Below, piece after piece: positions 1 through 13,884 of a DNA stretch of 64,000 bases. Made by a program: the position numbers and the translations under genes. The notes under the pieces are model-generated. The model did not search any database, was not told the DNA's origin, and worked only from the letters and a program-made list of their open reading frames with translations. Source of the stretch: Leucoraja erinacea. Lineage: Eukaryota. Where the stretch lies: positions 9,982,001 through 10,046,000 of the forward strand of contig NC_073393.1 in the NCBI RefSeq assembly GCF_028641065.1, written 5' to 3'. How positions within the stretch are numbered: the stretch's first letter is position 1; each line of letters opens with the position of its first letter.

Positions 1-40
1 ATCAAAGGCACTTGAAAATGTGTATCAAACACAGACTTAC

Positions 41-126
41 TTCTCAAACTTCACTAACAACGACAAGGCCCTTGGAGTGCTCGAGATGCTGTCAAAAGTG
101 GCTCCCATAAACTCAGTGATTTCAGC
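41..126 (-). CDS. DNAH5: DNAH5-like exon (AEITEFMGATFDSISSTPRALSLLVKFE)
   Basis: tttgacag acceptor, gtaag donor, 86 nt, phase 0 to 2. Confidence 0.88.
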
Positions 127-522
127 CTGTCAAAGTAAATTTAGAGACGCAGCTAAAATATGCATTTACATGTTTGTTCTATTTCTTTTGAGTTCCCATA
201 TTACATCTTATCCATCTTCCTCAGAAAGAGAAAAAAACATTTTCATCACAACCTTCTTTTAATGCTGTATTCAAGAAGGAACTGCAGATGCTGTTCTTTT
301 AATAGATTATTTTATTGCTGCTCTGTAGGATTTATGTCAGCATATATTAGGCCGATTCTGGGGACAGATGGCATAGGTTTTCTGTCCTATCCTTTTATGT
401 CCCAATATTGAAATCACATTGATTTTTAAAGGGAAGTTTATAGTTAAGTTTACTTTAGTTTATAGATGCAGCCCACCGAGTCCACACCGATCATTGATCA
501 CCAGTACACTTTTTTTTTAGAG

Positions 523-858
523 ATACAGCACAGAGATACAGCGCAGGCCCTTTGGCCCACCAGGTCCGCGCCGACCAGTGATCCCTGAACATTAACACTA
601 TCCTACACCGACTAGGGACAATTTTTACATTTACCAAGCCAATTAGCCTACAAACATGTACATCTTTGGAGTGTGGGAGGAAACTGAAGATCTCGGAGAA
701 AACTCACGCAGGTTACGGGGAGAACGTACAAACTCCGTACAGACAGCTGGTTTGCCTCGTGTGTACGCTGTCTGTACGTAGGCGGGATCGAACTCGGGTC
801 TCCGGCGCTATATTCGCTGTAAGGCAGCAAACTCTACCTCTGCGCCACCGTGACCGCC
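523..858 (-). mobile_element. HE1-like tRNA-derived SINE (second partial copy at about 875-1105)
   Basis: A box TGGCGCAG..G, B box GTTCGATCC, V-SINE-like core. Confidence 0.8.
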
Positions 859-3054
859 CACTTATTCCATGTTATCCCACTCTTGCATCCTGCACACTAG
901 GAGGAATATACACATGCCATTTAACCTACAAACCCGCACCTCTTTGGAACGTGGGAGGAAACCGTAGCATCCAGAGAAACCCACATGTTCACAGGGAGAA
1001 CGTACTAACTCTGTACAGACAGCACCAGTAATCAGGAATCAGGATCAAAGCCAGGCCTCTAGAACTGTGAGGCAGCAGCTCTACTGCTGCGGCATTATGC
1101 CACCCATAGAGTTACCATATCCCAGCAAACTATTTTGAATAAAAACTCAGAAACATAACTCAATAACATAACACACTGGGAACTAAGTGCCTATACAAAG
1201 AGTTAACAAAGCACCATTGAAGCCATCAAATGAAAGTTACTGAATTTGCTATGAAGCTGCAGAGGTTTTTTTACATTCTTTATTCCTCTGATCTATACTG
1301 ATAGAATCCAAGTCTTTGCTGTCTGTTGGCTATGAAGCTGCCAGGAGTGATGGTTCTGTGGTTGTCCTGTGTTTCTGGCTGCGATCAATGTATACTCTGG
1401 GTGCAGTCAAAATTTGAAAATTAGGTTTGTTGCAGCAGATGCCTATAAAGTCACTTTTTCAATCATCCGCTTGCATTACTGGGGAAAACTAGATAGGTCG
1501 TTTGATAGATGTTCTTCCAGCAACCCATTTATCTTACATTCAATGTGCCCAGCTGATCCCATGCGCCTGGGCACTGATCCAGGAACACTTTCCCTCTGTA
1601 GTTAACTGCCTTGGAGATATCTTTAAATTCAGTGAAAACAGAAGTGAAAAGTTACAGCAACCCATTTGGAAATCTCATGTGGAGCTATGGTAATAGGAAT
1701 AACATACTGATGCAGTAAGCCAGCTTTTAGAATCTGCTATTAAGCCTGTTCATTATGAAACAATGCAAACAACTATTCTTTAATTGATTGTTTGCATGCT
1801 AATACTGGAAGGTAAAAACTCTCTCCCAGCTCAATAATCAATCATACTGTGTGTACAAAAATGCTCTGATGAGACAGTTTCAGCCACTATTTATAACATT
1901 TCTGAAATATCTAGCAACGTTTCACATCTGTACAATAACGACCTTAAAAAAACACTTGTCAGGAACATGGAAAGGGGAGGTTTAGAGGGAGTATGGTCAA
2001 ATGTAGCTGAGATGGGGCACTTTGATCGGCATAGACGTGTTGGGTTCACGGGCTTATTTCTGTGCTGTATGACTCCATCTGTTGACTCCAACCATCTTAC
2101 AACACAGTTTGGAACAAGGTTAGATATTGAGAGAAAGGTTTGACAAATTACCAGTTCTGAAGTTGGATTCAAAGGACATCTAAATTTCTACCTGGCTTGC
2201 TTGTATAATAAAAGGAGGAACTATTTTAATAATTCTCATGGTTTTCACATTGACAAACAGGTTATAAAATTATTATTTTAAATTAATAGTGTGTACCACT
2301 GGACATCATTAAAGCTGTATTATATTATATCATATTTTACAATTATTAACAGGAAATTGTTGGTCACAGCACTTTTACCTCCAAAAACATGCCTGAATTT
2401 GAAAAACTTCTCTTTCCTCCATGATTTTAAAATTGCGTTTTTTTAATATAGCAAACACATGAATTTTCAAAACAGAATAACAATGTCAATATTCTTCTTT
2501 TAACACAGATCCCTTTCCCACAAGAGATACCAAATGGCTGGGTGTTTTTACCTATTAAGGGAATTCATGAATATTGGCTTGCTGCAGAAAATTGGCACCA
2601 AGGTAGAATGTCAGCCTTGATTTTATTGAATAGAGGGGTAAGCATGAGGGACCAAATGGCTTCCTTCTACTTCTATTTCTTATAATGCAACATTAAACCA
2701 GGGACGCCAGGGGCAGAGGAAAAGTAAAATTAATGTAACGCTGCACAAGCACAGAATGAATCCCGCTGTAATCCCAATGCATCAATGTGACATTTTAATT
2801 TTGTACACACGACATCCTTATGAGCCGTATGAGTAGAATTGATCCTCGGGGAAACTCATTTCACATGAAAGTCCGATAAACATTAGGATGAATAGATTTT
2901 CATTACATCGATCTCGACAGGAAAAGTTCAAAACAAGGTTCAAAAGGTAAATGGGGAATTATTTAATCAACTTTTATTATGTGCATTGACCTACAAATAA
3001 TAGCAAATAGTATAAAGTGGGATTTATCACTCAAGTTGTTAAAATAATACAAAC

Positions 3055-3162
3055 TTGCAAGTCATTGATCTGTGTTGTGAAAGTCTCATAATCCATATTA
3101 AAGGTACTCTTTCTGTGGTCAATCAAATTGCAATCTTGTTTTTTCATTCCTGATACAATATC
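3055..3162 (-). CDS. DNAH5: DNAH5-like exon (DIVSGMKKQDCNLIDHRKSTFNMDYETFTTQINDLQ)
   Basis: tttcag acceptor, gtttgt donor, 108 nt in frame. Confidence 0.88.
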
Positions 3163-3270
3163 CTGAAATATAAAAAAGACAGAAAGTGAACTGGATTATT
3201 AAAATGCCCCTTCCTCAAAAAGAATATAAATCTAATGTATCCAACATCCTGCAGTACATTTCCTTACACC

Positions 3271-3925
3271 TTGGGACTGAAGGCTGATAAATCCCCAGGG
3301 CCTGATGGTCTGCATCCCAGGGTACTTAAGGAAGTGGCTCTAGAAATCGTGGATGCATTGGTGATAATTTTCCAATGTTCTATAGACTCAGGATCAGTTC
3401 CTGTGGATTGGAAGGTAGCTAATGTTATCTCACTTTTTAAGAAAGGCGGGAGAGAAAAAACGGGGAATTATAGACCAATTAGCCTGACATCGGTGATGGG
3501 GAAGATGCTGGAGTCAATTATAAAAGATGAGATAGCGGTACATTTGGATAGCAGTAACAGGATCAGTCCGAGTCAGCATGGATTTACGAAGGGGAAATCA
3601 TGCTTGACTAATCTTCTGGAATTTTTTGAAGATGTAACTAGGAAAATGGACAAGGGAGAGCCAGTGGATGTAGTGTACCTGGACTTTCAGAAAGCATTTG
3701 ATAAGGTCCCACATAGGAGATTAGTGGGCAAAATCAGGGCACATGGTATTGGGGGTAGAGTGCTGACATGGATAGAGAAGTGGTTGGCAGACAGGAAACA
3801 AAGAGTAGGGATTAGGTAGGCAGGAACGGGATACTGATTGGGGATGATCAGCCATGATCACTTTGAATGGTGATGCTGGCTCGAAGGGCTGAATGGCCTA
3901 CTCCTGCACCTATTGTCTATTGTCA
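3271..3925 (+). mobile_element. CR1/HER1 LINE fragment (RT N-half joined directly to the 3' tail)
   Basis: KSPGPDGLHPRVLKE, NYRPISLTS, YLDFQKAFDKVPH; 3' tail begins at about 3817. Confidence 0.9.
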
Positions 3926-4474
3926 CCTAGTCCAAATCAAGCTACGGCAAGCTACCGACAACCGGCAACCCATAAGGACGTCCACCTACGACCTCACCTG
4001 CGACAACCTACGACCACACAGGCAACAACCTACGACAACCAAAGTCAACCTATGTCCACCTGCGACAAGCTATGACAAGCAACAATCCTGTCAGCGACAG
4101 CGACAAATGAAGACAACTGAAGACAATTCAGTCGCTGGTACCTGTCACCAGTTGACGTAGGTTGACTTGGGTAGTCGCCAATGGAATTCACCAAAGTCAT
4201 CACCCAGCGACAACCAACGTCACCTGGCAACAACCTGCGTCATCCTGGCGACAACCTTCGAAGGCATAAGACAAGCGACATCAAGCTACATCAAGCCCAC
4301 AGTCACCGAAAAGTTTTGAACATTTCAAAATCCAGCAGCGACCAGAAAAACGTTACGGCTCTTTAGGCGACTTGAGGAGAAGACTCACAACCATACAGGC
4401 GTCACCCCGCGACCATGTGGCGAGAGCCTAATCGCCTGTAGTTACCGAAAAATCACGTAAGTGGGACAGGGGCT
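3926..4474. mobile_element. Harbinger-type MITE, one end missing, opposite orientation to 38503-39081
   Basis: CTACGAC-rich body ending TAAGTGGGACAGG. Confidence 0.75.
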
Positions 4475-4746
4475 TTAGAGTTACCATCCTGGGATGATTT
4501 CAAGAAAACCAAGTTTTATTGAGGTTGATTCTCAAGTGACTCACAAAACACTTAAACATCCAAGATTTTCACAAGCATCAGTTCCCTCTCCCATTCAACA
4601 TTTTAACAACAATTATGTTGCAATAAAGCAAAAATAAATTTAAAAAATAGGCATTCATATACAGATTAATTGGATGAATTAAACCCAGTAGAATTTTCAT
4701 TGAAATAGAAATTAATTTATTTTTGACACATAGGTGGGATTATTAC

Positions 4747-4962
4747 CTGAAATTTGTTTGCTATCTGTTCAATCCCCTCAATAGTTGATTTCTCCAGGCT
4801 GGAATATACTTTAATAGTTTCAATCATCTTAATAATCTTTCTAAGCCTCCTCTCAAATGTGTCAAACTTTCCAAAAATGCAGATTTCACTAAATTCAAAG
4901 GGTTTTTCCCTCTGGTTTTCCTTCATCTTTTGCTTGGTAGCACCATAACAGAACTGGTATTC
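4747..4962 (-). CDS. DNAH5: DNAH5-like exon (EYQFCY...FEFSEICIFGKFDTFERRL...ANKFQ)
   Basis: 216 nt, AG/GT, conserved FGKF motif. Confidence 0.92.
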
Positions 4963-5471
4963 CTAATGTTTATGAAAAAAGAACAGTTCATGTTAAGATC
5001 CAAAACATTAATATTACTCATTTCAACCTACTTTCATTATAGGTCTAGACTAAATGTATACGGTGCTCTACTGCCCATCGACTGTGTTAATTGTGAGAGG
5101 TTGACATAAATCAATGTCTTGAAAGGCATCGCAATCACTGGAGATTCCAAGAGCGGCAGACAATTTCCCAGCTTCATTGAAAATTTTTACTGAGCCCAAG
5201 ATGTGATCTGAATTTTATTTTTCCATCACAACACATGTTGAGACCTATGTATGGTGGGTGGAGCACATAGATGAATCAGGCGTATACATCAAGAGACTGC
5301 AGGCTCATCTGACCACAAATATGTGGCTTGAAAAATAGGAAAAAACAATCCTTGATACCAATATAAATTGTTCAAAAGTTATCTGCGCCATTTCCAACTA
5401 CCAGCTCGAGCACACTTCAGGTATAGGCCCATAGATTTTTGGCGTTAGCAGGAGAAATAAATTATACCCGA

Positions 5472-5576
5472 AGGTAGACAAAAATGCTGGAGAAACTCTG
5501 CAGGTGCGGCAGCGTTTATGGAGTGAAGGAAATAGACAACATTTCGGGCCGAAACCCTTTCTCAGACTCCACTGCA
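5472..5576 (-). mobile_element. About 100-bp Penelope-derived short element with 13-bp TSD
   Basis: AAATTATACCCGA at 5459 and 5577; same tail family. Confidence 0.8.
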
Positions 5577-6116
5577 AAATTATACCCGAGGCTTTTTTGC
5601 CTTATTTTGTCAGTGCCGGCAATTGGTCGTTACAGTAACAGAACGGTGCACCAGCAGCATCTAATTAAGTGTGATATCAAAGATCTAAGTGGTTTGGCCT
5701 TGGCTCAATGGCAGGATCCCTTCATTACGTCAGAACATTGCGGATTAAAATTCACACCCAGAGAAAGGTTTTATAGGAATCTGAGGGGTAACTTTTTAAC
5801 CCAAATGTTGGTGGGTGTATAGAATGAGCTGCCAGAGGAGGTAGTTGAGGTAGGGACTATCGCAACATTTAAGAAGCAAGTAAACAAGTACATGGAAAGG
5901 ACAGGTTTAGAGGGATATGGGACAAATGCAGGCAAGTGTGACTGGTGTAGATGGGACACGTTGGTCAGTGTGGGCAAGTAGTCCCGAAAGACCCGTTTCC
6001 ATACTGTAAAATGTTTCCAGAATGAAATGAAAGCTCGCGAAGAAGAACCAAGACATTTTCTCATGGTTCCAACCAACAATGCTGCAAATATGTTGCTCAT
6101 ACAATCTATCAATTAC

Positions 6117-6239
6117 CTTATTAAGCTTAATACATTGCATCAACTTGCTAATTATTGTGCTTGGAGATAACTCCCATATTGTAACAGTTCCATCATTGGT
6201 AATGTATGCTTTACATGCAGTTATCATCTGGTTTGTGAT
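6117..6239 (-). CDS. DNAH5: DNAH5-like exon (ITNQMITACKAYITNDG...CIKLNK)
   Basis: 123 nt, AG/GT, conserved TNQMITACKAYI. Confidence 0.92.
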
Positions 6240-7417
6240 CTGAAACAATAATATTAAAAAAATCATTGGTAAAATCTACTTTTGAATCATTCTTTAGGAT
6301 ACAAAAAAGAAGGGCCATCACCTAAAATGCCTGTCTGTGCACCTTCAAAGTAAACACAAAGATCTGCCTTGTTCTGGTGTGGAAAACTCCCTTCTTTGAG
6401 CACAATTTCTAAAATGTAGCCTTCTACAGCAGATGAACATGAGCAAGACTCGTCAACAAATCAGACCAGTATCTCACTGAATCACAAAGACCAAAACTAG
6501 AAGTAAATTCAGGAAATGTAAATCAGATTTAAATCCTGCCCAGAAAGCCAACACCAATGAATGGTTGTCGGAAGGGAGAGTGTACGCTGCCGCTGCTCTC
6601 TCTTCACATTGTGTTTTTGATTTTTATGTCTTTGGATCGAATTCTGTCTTTAATTTGTGTATTGGTGATGTCTTTATTATTTATTTTACTCCGATGATAT
6701 GTTTTTTACTCTTGTTAAATTCTGTAGGGTGTCCTTGAGACTTTTGAAAGGCGCCCATAAATAAAATGTATTATTATTATTAATATAGACGGGATTAAGG
6801 AAGGGAGATTTAAGTAACAGAAAAATTTGTTTTGATGTTTTTTAGAATCTCCAATATTGATTTTTATCTGAGAGAATGAGACACCATAACGTTAATAAAT
6901 GTTCAGCGGCAGGACAATTGTTCATCAGTATTTATTATATACGCTTTAATCTGCCATCCATAATGTTCCTCGCCACTTTTGTACAGAATAAATGAGCAAA
7001 TTCATGAGATTTCAGTGTTGCGTATTAGGGAGGACTGTAACATCACATCATGTGGAGGAATGGCATTTGTCTGACAACTTCCAAATTGACAACTACACAT
7101 GTGCATATTTCAGAAGTTGCTGTCCAAGCAGGAGTTATTCCAGCATTATTATTGCGGTGGAATTCATAAAAAATAACCTACTCCAGCTAAGAAGATTGTA
7201 TTTTCATCAAATAACTATTTTTTTTAAAGAATGTTAATACAAAATACTGTTGTCCTTTCTAAAATTATAGAGTCTAATCAAAGGAAGTAAAAGATGATTT
7301 TGGAGTCTGAGGTAATCGGATAATTGATAATAGAACCAGAAGGAATATGAGGAGAATTTATTTCATACAATTAGCTGTTGTGATCTGTAATGCATTCAGA
7401 GAGTAAGCAATCGTAAC

Positions 7418-7506
7418 TGAAGATGTTGTCTCGACCTGAAACGTCACCCATTCCTTCTCTCCAGAGATGCTGCCTGTCCCACTGAGTTACTCCAGCTTTT
7501 TGTATC
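7418..7506 (+). mobile_element. About 90-bp Penelope-derived short element with 14-bp TSD (one mismatch)
   Basis: TAAGCAATCGTAAC at 7404 and TAAGCAATAGTAAC at 7507. Confidence 0.78.
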
Positions 7507-8263
7507 TAAGCAATAGTAACCCTCTAGTACACAACTAAATGAGCCAATAGATGCCAAATCAATGTCTACACCCTCAGGTTGATGTAAAAGGATACAAGGT
7601 ACTATTTTAAACAAGAATTGGAGTTATCTTTGGTGTATCAGCCAAAATGTTTACATCAATCAACTGCACAAAAATAGATGATCTGATCCTTATTATATCG
7701 TTCTGCGTGAGAGTTTGTGTTGTGCAATACATTGCTGCATATCTTAAATAACCAGAGTAATTACACTTCTTTGGCTGTAAAATGTTTCAGAATATTCTGA
7801 AACTCAGTGTTACATAAATGTGAGAATGTTTTTCTCTTTCAGAAAGAAATTGGGTCTGGTCTTGAAAACGAAATAATCAGAACCTTTTAGATAAAGTATA
7901 GTAGAATGGACCCAATCTGAAAGAGCTGTTACAGACACAATGGGCAAAATAAATTTCTCCTGTGCTATAGCTTTCTGTGAACCCACATACAATTCCCTCT
8001 GTCAACTGGCTTCTTGTTAAATCCGTCCCTTTATGTTGATTGTAGCCATTCATCTTGTTCTGAGCAGAGCAATAACTTAACATTTCAAGTGCCTATACAT
8101 TCCTGTTTTAAAACTCCAACTGCTGTATTTTGCTGGACTTTTCCAATGTTGGATTGAAAGCCATATCATGTGCAGAACTGAGACTAAATTATTTATAATT
8201 AAGAAAATTCCTGTGGTAGTATCGTAGAGAACTGCAGTGTTTACTTACAGATAATATTCTCAC

Positions 8264-8371
8264 CTTGGTAAAAAGAGAAGTCATCCTTTCAGATGTATTG
8301 TAATACACAGAAATCGTATGTATCATTCTAATGGCATTCAGAAGTCCAGGAAGGGCATCTAGCATTTCAAT
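8264..8371 (-). CDS. DNAH5: DNAH5-like exon (IEMLDALPGLLNAIRMIHTISVYYNTSERMTSLFTK)
   Basis: 108 nt, cag/gtgag, YYNTSERMTSLF motif. Confidence 0.93.
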
Positions 8372-8489
8372 CTGGGGAAAGGAGGAAACAGCACATAATA
8401 TCCGAATTAATTATCAGTTTTTCACTTGTGATCTTAAATGTTGCTTTCAGAACACCATTATCACAGTTTTTTTAAAAAGAAACACCTAC

Positions 8490-8603
8490 AGGATCACTGT
8501 TGTAAAGAGGGTCGCAAAATCGCTCCAGCGTGTAAAGATATTTCACGTTATCTTTAGCTTCATTAAATACATTTGTAATCCGTTTATCCAATTCCTTCCA
8601 TAT
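8490..8603 (-). CDS. DNAH5: DNAH5-like exon ([38 protein letters not shown])
   Basis: 114 nt, cag/gtagg, [10 protein letters not shown] motif. Confidence 0.93.
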
Positions 8604-9294
8604 CTGCAACAAGAAATTAAAATGTTTTCCACAACACCTCATCCACATGTTGTGTGAAAAGCACAATTCAAGTCAAGGAACAAACCCAGACGTGTTGTAT
8701 GCAATAAAAGTTAAATATATATCTATGAACGACACCATGTGCGTACATTTTTAAAACGCCACAACAAAGAAGGGTCTGATTAATATTGGGAAAGTCCCCA
8801 GTGCCAACTTAGCTTCTGCTTAGCCACTAATACTCTGGAGAAATTGAGGTTTCCACTAATAGTCGTTGCATGATTTTGGAAAAATCATTAGTTGCCATTG
8901 TTAATTTGTCAGGCAACCTGAATGACAATAATAGGTTTAACTGTTACTCAGAAAGAATATCCAAATGACTGACATAACAAGTTATTTCATGGTCAGAAAA
9001 TTAAAATAACAAAGTAAGATAGTGGTTATGAGGGGCACAGATAGAGTAGACAGGCAAAACCTTTTCCCCAGGATAGAACATTCAAATACTAGGGGGCGTA
9101 GATTTAAGGTGGGTTGGGCAAAATTTAAAGGAGACATGCTGGGCAAGTTGCTTTTACACAGAGGATGGTGAGTACCTGGAATACTCTGCCAATGGAGGCA
9201 GCTGGGGCAGATATGATAATGGCATTTCAGAGACTTTTGGATTGGCATATGGATATGTAAGACTTCTTCTTTGCATTGTTCGGCATAGATATAG

Positions 9295-9888
9295 ACAATA
9301 GACAATAGACAAAAGGTGCAGGAGTAGGCTATTCGGCCCTTTGAGCCAGCACCGCCATTCAATGTGATCATGGCTGATCATCCCCAATCAGTACCCCGTT
9401 CCTGTCTTCTCCCCATATCCCCTGACTACACTGTCTTTAAGAGCCCTATCTAGCTCTCTCTTGAAAGTATCCCGAGAACTGGCCTCCACCGCTCTCAGGC
9501 AGAGAATTCCACAGACTTACAACTCTCTGTGAGAAAAAGTGTTTCCTCGTCTCTGTTCTAAATGGCTGATCCCTTATTCTTAAACTGTGGCCCCCTAGTT
9601 CTGGACTCCCCCAACATCAGGAACATGTTTCCTGCCTCTAGCGTGTCCAAGCCCTTAATGATCTTATATGTTTCAATAAGATCCCCCTCATCCTTCTAAA
9701 CTCCAGAGTATACAAGCCCAGCCGCTCCATTCTCTCACCATATGACAGTCCCACCATCCCGGGAATTAACCTTGCACTCCCTCAATAGCAAGAATGTCCT
9801 TCCTCAAATTAGGGGACCAAAACTGCACACAATACTCCAGGTGTGGTCTCACTGGGGCCCTATACAACTGCAGAAGACCTCTTTGCTC
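9295..9888 (-). mobile_element. CR1 LINE 3' fragment
   Basis: Reverse complement of the CR1 ORF2 end and (CTATTGT)n tail. Confidence 0.85.
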
Positions 9889-10257
9889 ATAATGTGTTGT
9901 ACTGTTCTATTAGTTAAGATTTCCAAACCTTCCAATTTTTCATCCTAACATTGGCACATGAACAGAAATGTAGGAGGAACAGCATAAGCAATCCCCATCT
10001 TGTATTGAAGTAAAAATTAAAATCAATGTATCCTTCTTATAGATCAATTCTATAAATCAATAGTGCCTTTCCTAGAAATTCTTGGCAACAAACTTCATAC
10101 CAACCTCTAAGTGCAAACCATTATTTCAAGGTTATAATGAAAATTGAATCATTAATTGAGGAGTGCATGGAGGAAACTCATCAGGGAATTCATATACGTT
10201 TAATTAGTTGGATAGTTGTTAAGGAAAGCTTTTAAAAATAACCATATTTCTTCAGAC

Positions 10258-10434
10258 CTTCAACAGCTTTGATTTAGCAGCTGCGATGAAGCCAAGTACG
10301 ATTTTAACATCTGCTCGCTGGATCTCCTGAGTCAAGCAATTGTATCTGGCCAGGCATTGCTTCCAGTGTTCCAACTCTGCCCGTGGTCCAACATCATCTG
10401 CCTCCTTCCGCACCTGCTCACTTTCAGTCAGCAC
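10258..10434 (-). CDS. DNAH5: DNAH5-like exon ([25 protein letters not shown]...KSKLLK)
   Basis: 177 nt, tag/gt, GPxAELEHWK motif. Confidence 0.93.
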
Positions 10435-10777
10435 CTAAAAGATTGAAGTATAAAGGAATCTTGGTACTTTCACACTGGTCACAGAGAAGAGCATTTCAAT
10501 ATTTACCACAGATTGGCTCGCAGCAGACATGGTTGACTAGGTAGACACAAAGAATTGCAGGTGCTGGTTTACAAAAAAAAGACAAAGTGCTGGAGTAACT
10601 CAGCGAGTCAGGCAACATCTCTGCAGAGCATTGGATGGGCAATGTTTCAGATCTATCCGCGACCCTATAGGTGACCTTTCTTCAGACTGATTGCAGTAGG
10701 GAGTGTAGGGATATGGAAGAGAGGTGGGGTGTGACAAAATCTGGCAAATGAGTGGTGGAGGAGGGTTTTTGATTGGC

Positions 10778-11210
10778 GGATAGACTTGGTTTATACTCTC
10801 TAGAATTTAGGAGATTGAGAGGGGATCTTATAGAAACTTACAAAATTCTTAAGGGGTTGGACAGGCTAGATGCAGGAAGATTGTTCCCAATGTTAGGGAA
10901 GTCCAGGACAAGGGGTCACAGCTTAAGGATAAGGGGGAAATCCTTTAAAACCGAGATGAGAAGAACTTTTTTCACACAGAGAGTGGTGAATCTCTGGAAC
11001 TCTCTGCCACAGAGGGTAGTTGAGGCCAGTTAGTTGGCTATATTTAAGAGGGAGTTAGATGTGGCCCTTGTGGCTAAGGGGATCAGGGGGTATGGAGAGA
11101 AGGCAGGTACGGGATACTGAGTTGGATGATCAGCCATGATCATATTGAATGGCGGTGCAGGCTCGAAGGGCCGAATGACCTACTCCTGCACCTAATTTCT
11201 ATGTTTCTAT
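10778..11210 (+). mobile_element. CR1 LINE 3' fragment
   Basis: LGLYSLEFRRLRGDLIETYKI..FFTQRVVNLWNSLP; near identical to 18710-19140. Confidence 0.9.
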
Positions 11211-11680
11211 ACTTGGGTAGCTTACCACCCAATGATTTGAATGAGTGTTTCCCTGAACACCTTCGCTCAGTTTGCATGGACCTACCTGATCTCCCGGTTT
11301 AATTCTCCTTCCCTTTACCACACTGACCTTTCTGTCCTAGGTCTCCTCCATTGTCAGAGTGAGGCTAAACGCAAATTGGAGGAACAGCATCCTATGTTTC
11401 GCTTGGGCAGCTTACAACCCCAGCATTCGCCCTCTCTCCATCCCTCCCCAAACCAAGTTGCACCAGCTTCATGTTTTCACCAAACTGTTTCCTTTATCAT
11501 CGTTACTTTTTCCCATGTCTTTCATCCATTGTTCTTTATCTCTCTACATCAAGTCCATATCTCTCATTTTCCCTTTCCCCTAACTAGTCTGAAGAAGGGT
11601 CTCGACCCAAAACGTCACCCATTCGTTCTATCCAGATGCTGCCTGTCCCGCTGAGTCACTCCAGCTTTTTGTGTCTATCT
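11210..11680 (+). mobile_element. Penelope-like 3' fragment
   Basis: DLSVLGLLHCQSEAKRKLEEQH..FRLG, followed by the ctgaagaagggtctcgaccc tail. Confidence 0.8.
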
Positions 11681-12874
11681 TGAATTTGATAGGCATATGG
11701 ATAAGTAGGGAATGGAGGGATTATATGCAGGCAGTTAAAAGTTTGCCTGACATTATGTTCAGCATCTCCCCAAAGCACACTAATACCCAAACAAATTGCC
11801 CTATTATTTTGAGCAACTGCGTTTTAGATACAATTCAATTATCTAACACATAAAGGAGCAGATGTTAAAAGAGGAATTTAATTCCATCTGGCTACCAAAA
11901 TCCTAGAGGACGCCATTTGTTTTTAATCTCAGGCTGAATTAATGCTGTAGTTGACCTGCATGAGAGAGACTCGCGCCTGATATGGATAGTGCCTTGTAAA
12001 GAAATATCAATCAGGGTCCTATTATTTGAATGCAATTGTTGGTGCCTAGTTTGTTGGTATTTGCAATGAATAGCCAGAGGGAAGTGGAGTGGGGAAAAGC
12101 AAAAAACTGCAGATGCTGGATATCTGAAATAAGAAAAGAAAATACTGAAAGTACTTAGCAGATCAGGGATTATATTTGGGTAGACAAAAGTGCTGGAGAA
12201 ACTCAGCGGGTGCAGCAGCATCTATGGAGCAAAGGAAATAGACAACGTTTCGGCCCAAACCCTTCTTCAGACTGGGGGGGGGGGGGGGGGGGGGGGAAGA
12301 AAGGGGACAGAGGCACAATTAAAACTTTAGGTTTCAAGTTAATGACCTTTCATCAGAACATGGAAAAGCTGCATCTCCTGCAGTTGAATGGAAAGTTACA
12401 GAAGGGGAGTGGGGGTTGGTGGTGATGGAATAGCTAAACATGGAGTTATGGAGGGAACAATCCCTTTGCCATCCTCACAAAAGAAGCATGGTTAAGATAT
12501 TTCTGGTGGCGGCATCTGGTTGAAGGTGGTGGTAATTATGGAGGACCATCTATTGATTGTGAAGACTATAGGGTGAAAGGCTCGGACGAGATACACCCTT
12601 TTCTTGTACAGGGCAGGAGAAAAGAGGATGAAAGCAGAGGTGGCCTGTGTGCTGCACAAACTTCCTGCCCAAAGTAAAATTCCCCCAAAAGTATCAAAAT
12701 ATTTTAAGACAAAATATGGAGTAATTTGATGATTTAGTACATTATTGTGATCTCCAGGTGATTCCAATTTAAAATATCTGAAATACAGCTGATGGCAAAT
12801 AATTGTAAATTTTCACCCCTGCCAGTGTAAAAGAAGCTTAAATCTCCCCTAATGCATAATTTCTCATCCCTGAC

Positions 12875-13006
12875 CTGTTCAATTTGCTTGATCCAAATTT
12901 TCAAACTTTTCTCAGCTTGCTTCAATGTTTCAGGTGAAGCCAGACCAAAATCTGATGGCCATTTCAAATTTCTCAGCTCTTCTGAAACACATTGTTCCAA
13001 TCGAAC
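12875..13006 (-). CDS. DNAH5: DNAH5-like exon (VRLEQCVSEE...WIKQIEQ)
   Basis: 132 nt, tag/gtcag, WIKQIEQ motif. Confidence 0.9.
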
Positions 13007-13665
13007 CTAAAATATGGAAAAGAAAATCTCTTTCAGTTACCTGCGAATTTAGCAGTAATTCAGTAAAAAACAATGCCTAATAGAAGTAATGCAGCATATT
13101 CAAGTGAGAAAGAAATATTTACTATGTCGGCAAGAATGAGTAATCGTAGTAATTAACTAAGTGAGAAGTTCTATGATTAATGGTAACACAGGGATGAATT
13201 TATTTAGCATAAATCTGAACTACGTTTTGCGAAAGCTCGTTGTCCAGTGTTCCCTTTCAAATGTGTATCCACTTTTCTCTTGATACAGGCAACGATTGTA
13301 CCTTAACCTCCTCCAGCAAACCACTCCATGAAAAATCAAACTTCTGTGTTAGAATTTAGTGCTGAACTTGCACTCTCCTCCCTTCACAGACTCCTCCCTT
13401 TATCCTGACACAGGTTTCTTCCTGACCTTTACTTTAAACTTTAGAGATACAGTGTAGAAACAGGCCCTTTGGCCCACCCAGACCACGCTGACCAACGATA
13501 CTTGGGTACTAGGACGTGGCGTCGAAGGACGAGAAGCTCTTCATTTCCTGATATCTACTTACGATTGAAATTGCCCATGCATACTTGTCAGAATAACAAA
13601 TCGGATTGCGGTATTATTTGCTCCTCTAATATTGCAGCGGTGAAAAGGAATTAAAGTCAACTCAC

Positions 13666-13884
13666 CTCCTTGGCGAGATTGTCATGTGCTGCAGAGAGGG
13701 CACTGACAAACCCATCCAGAGAATTGAGAAATCCCTGTCTAACCGCCTTAAACTCAGGCTTGCTCAGCAGTCCCCATCCTTGGTTCATATTCTTCAGCAC
13801 AGGTATAAAAGCATCTCTTAACAGATGTTCAACAGATTTCAAGAGCCCAAGGCCTTCAGCATCCAAAACATTGAAACTTATTTC
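13666..13884 (-). CDS. DNAH5: DNAH5-like exon (EISFNVLDAEGLGLLKSVEHLL...NLAKE)
   Basis: 219 nt, tag/gtgag. Confidence 0.9.

Noticed and set aside
3867-4366. Thr/Gln-rich ORFs
   Set aside because: Translations of the low-complexity interior of a Harbinger-type MITE.
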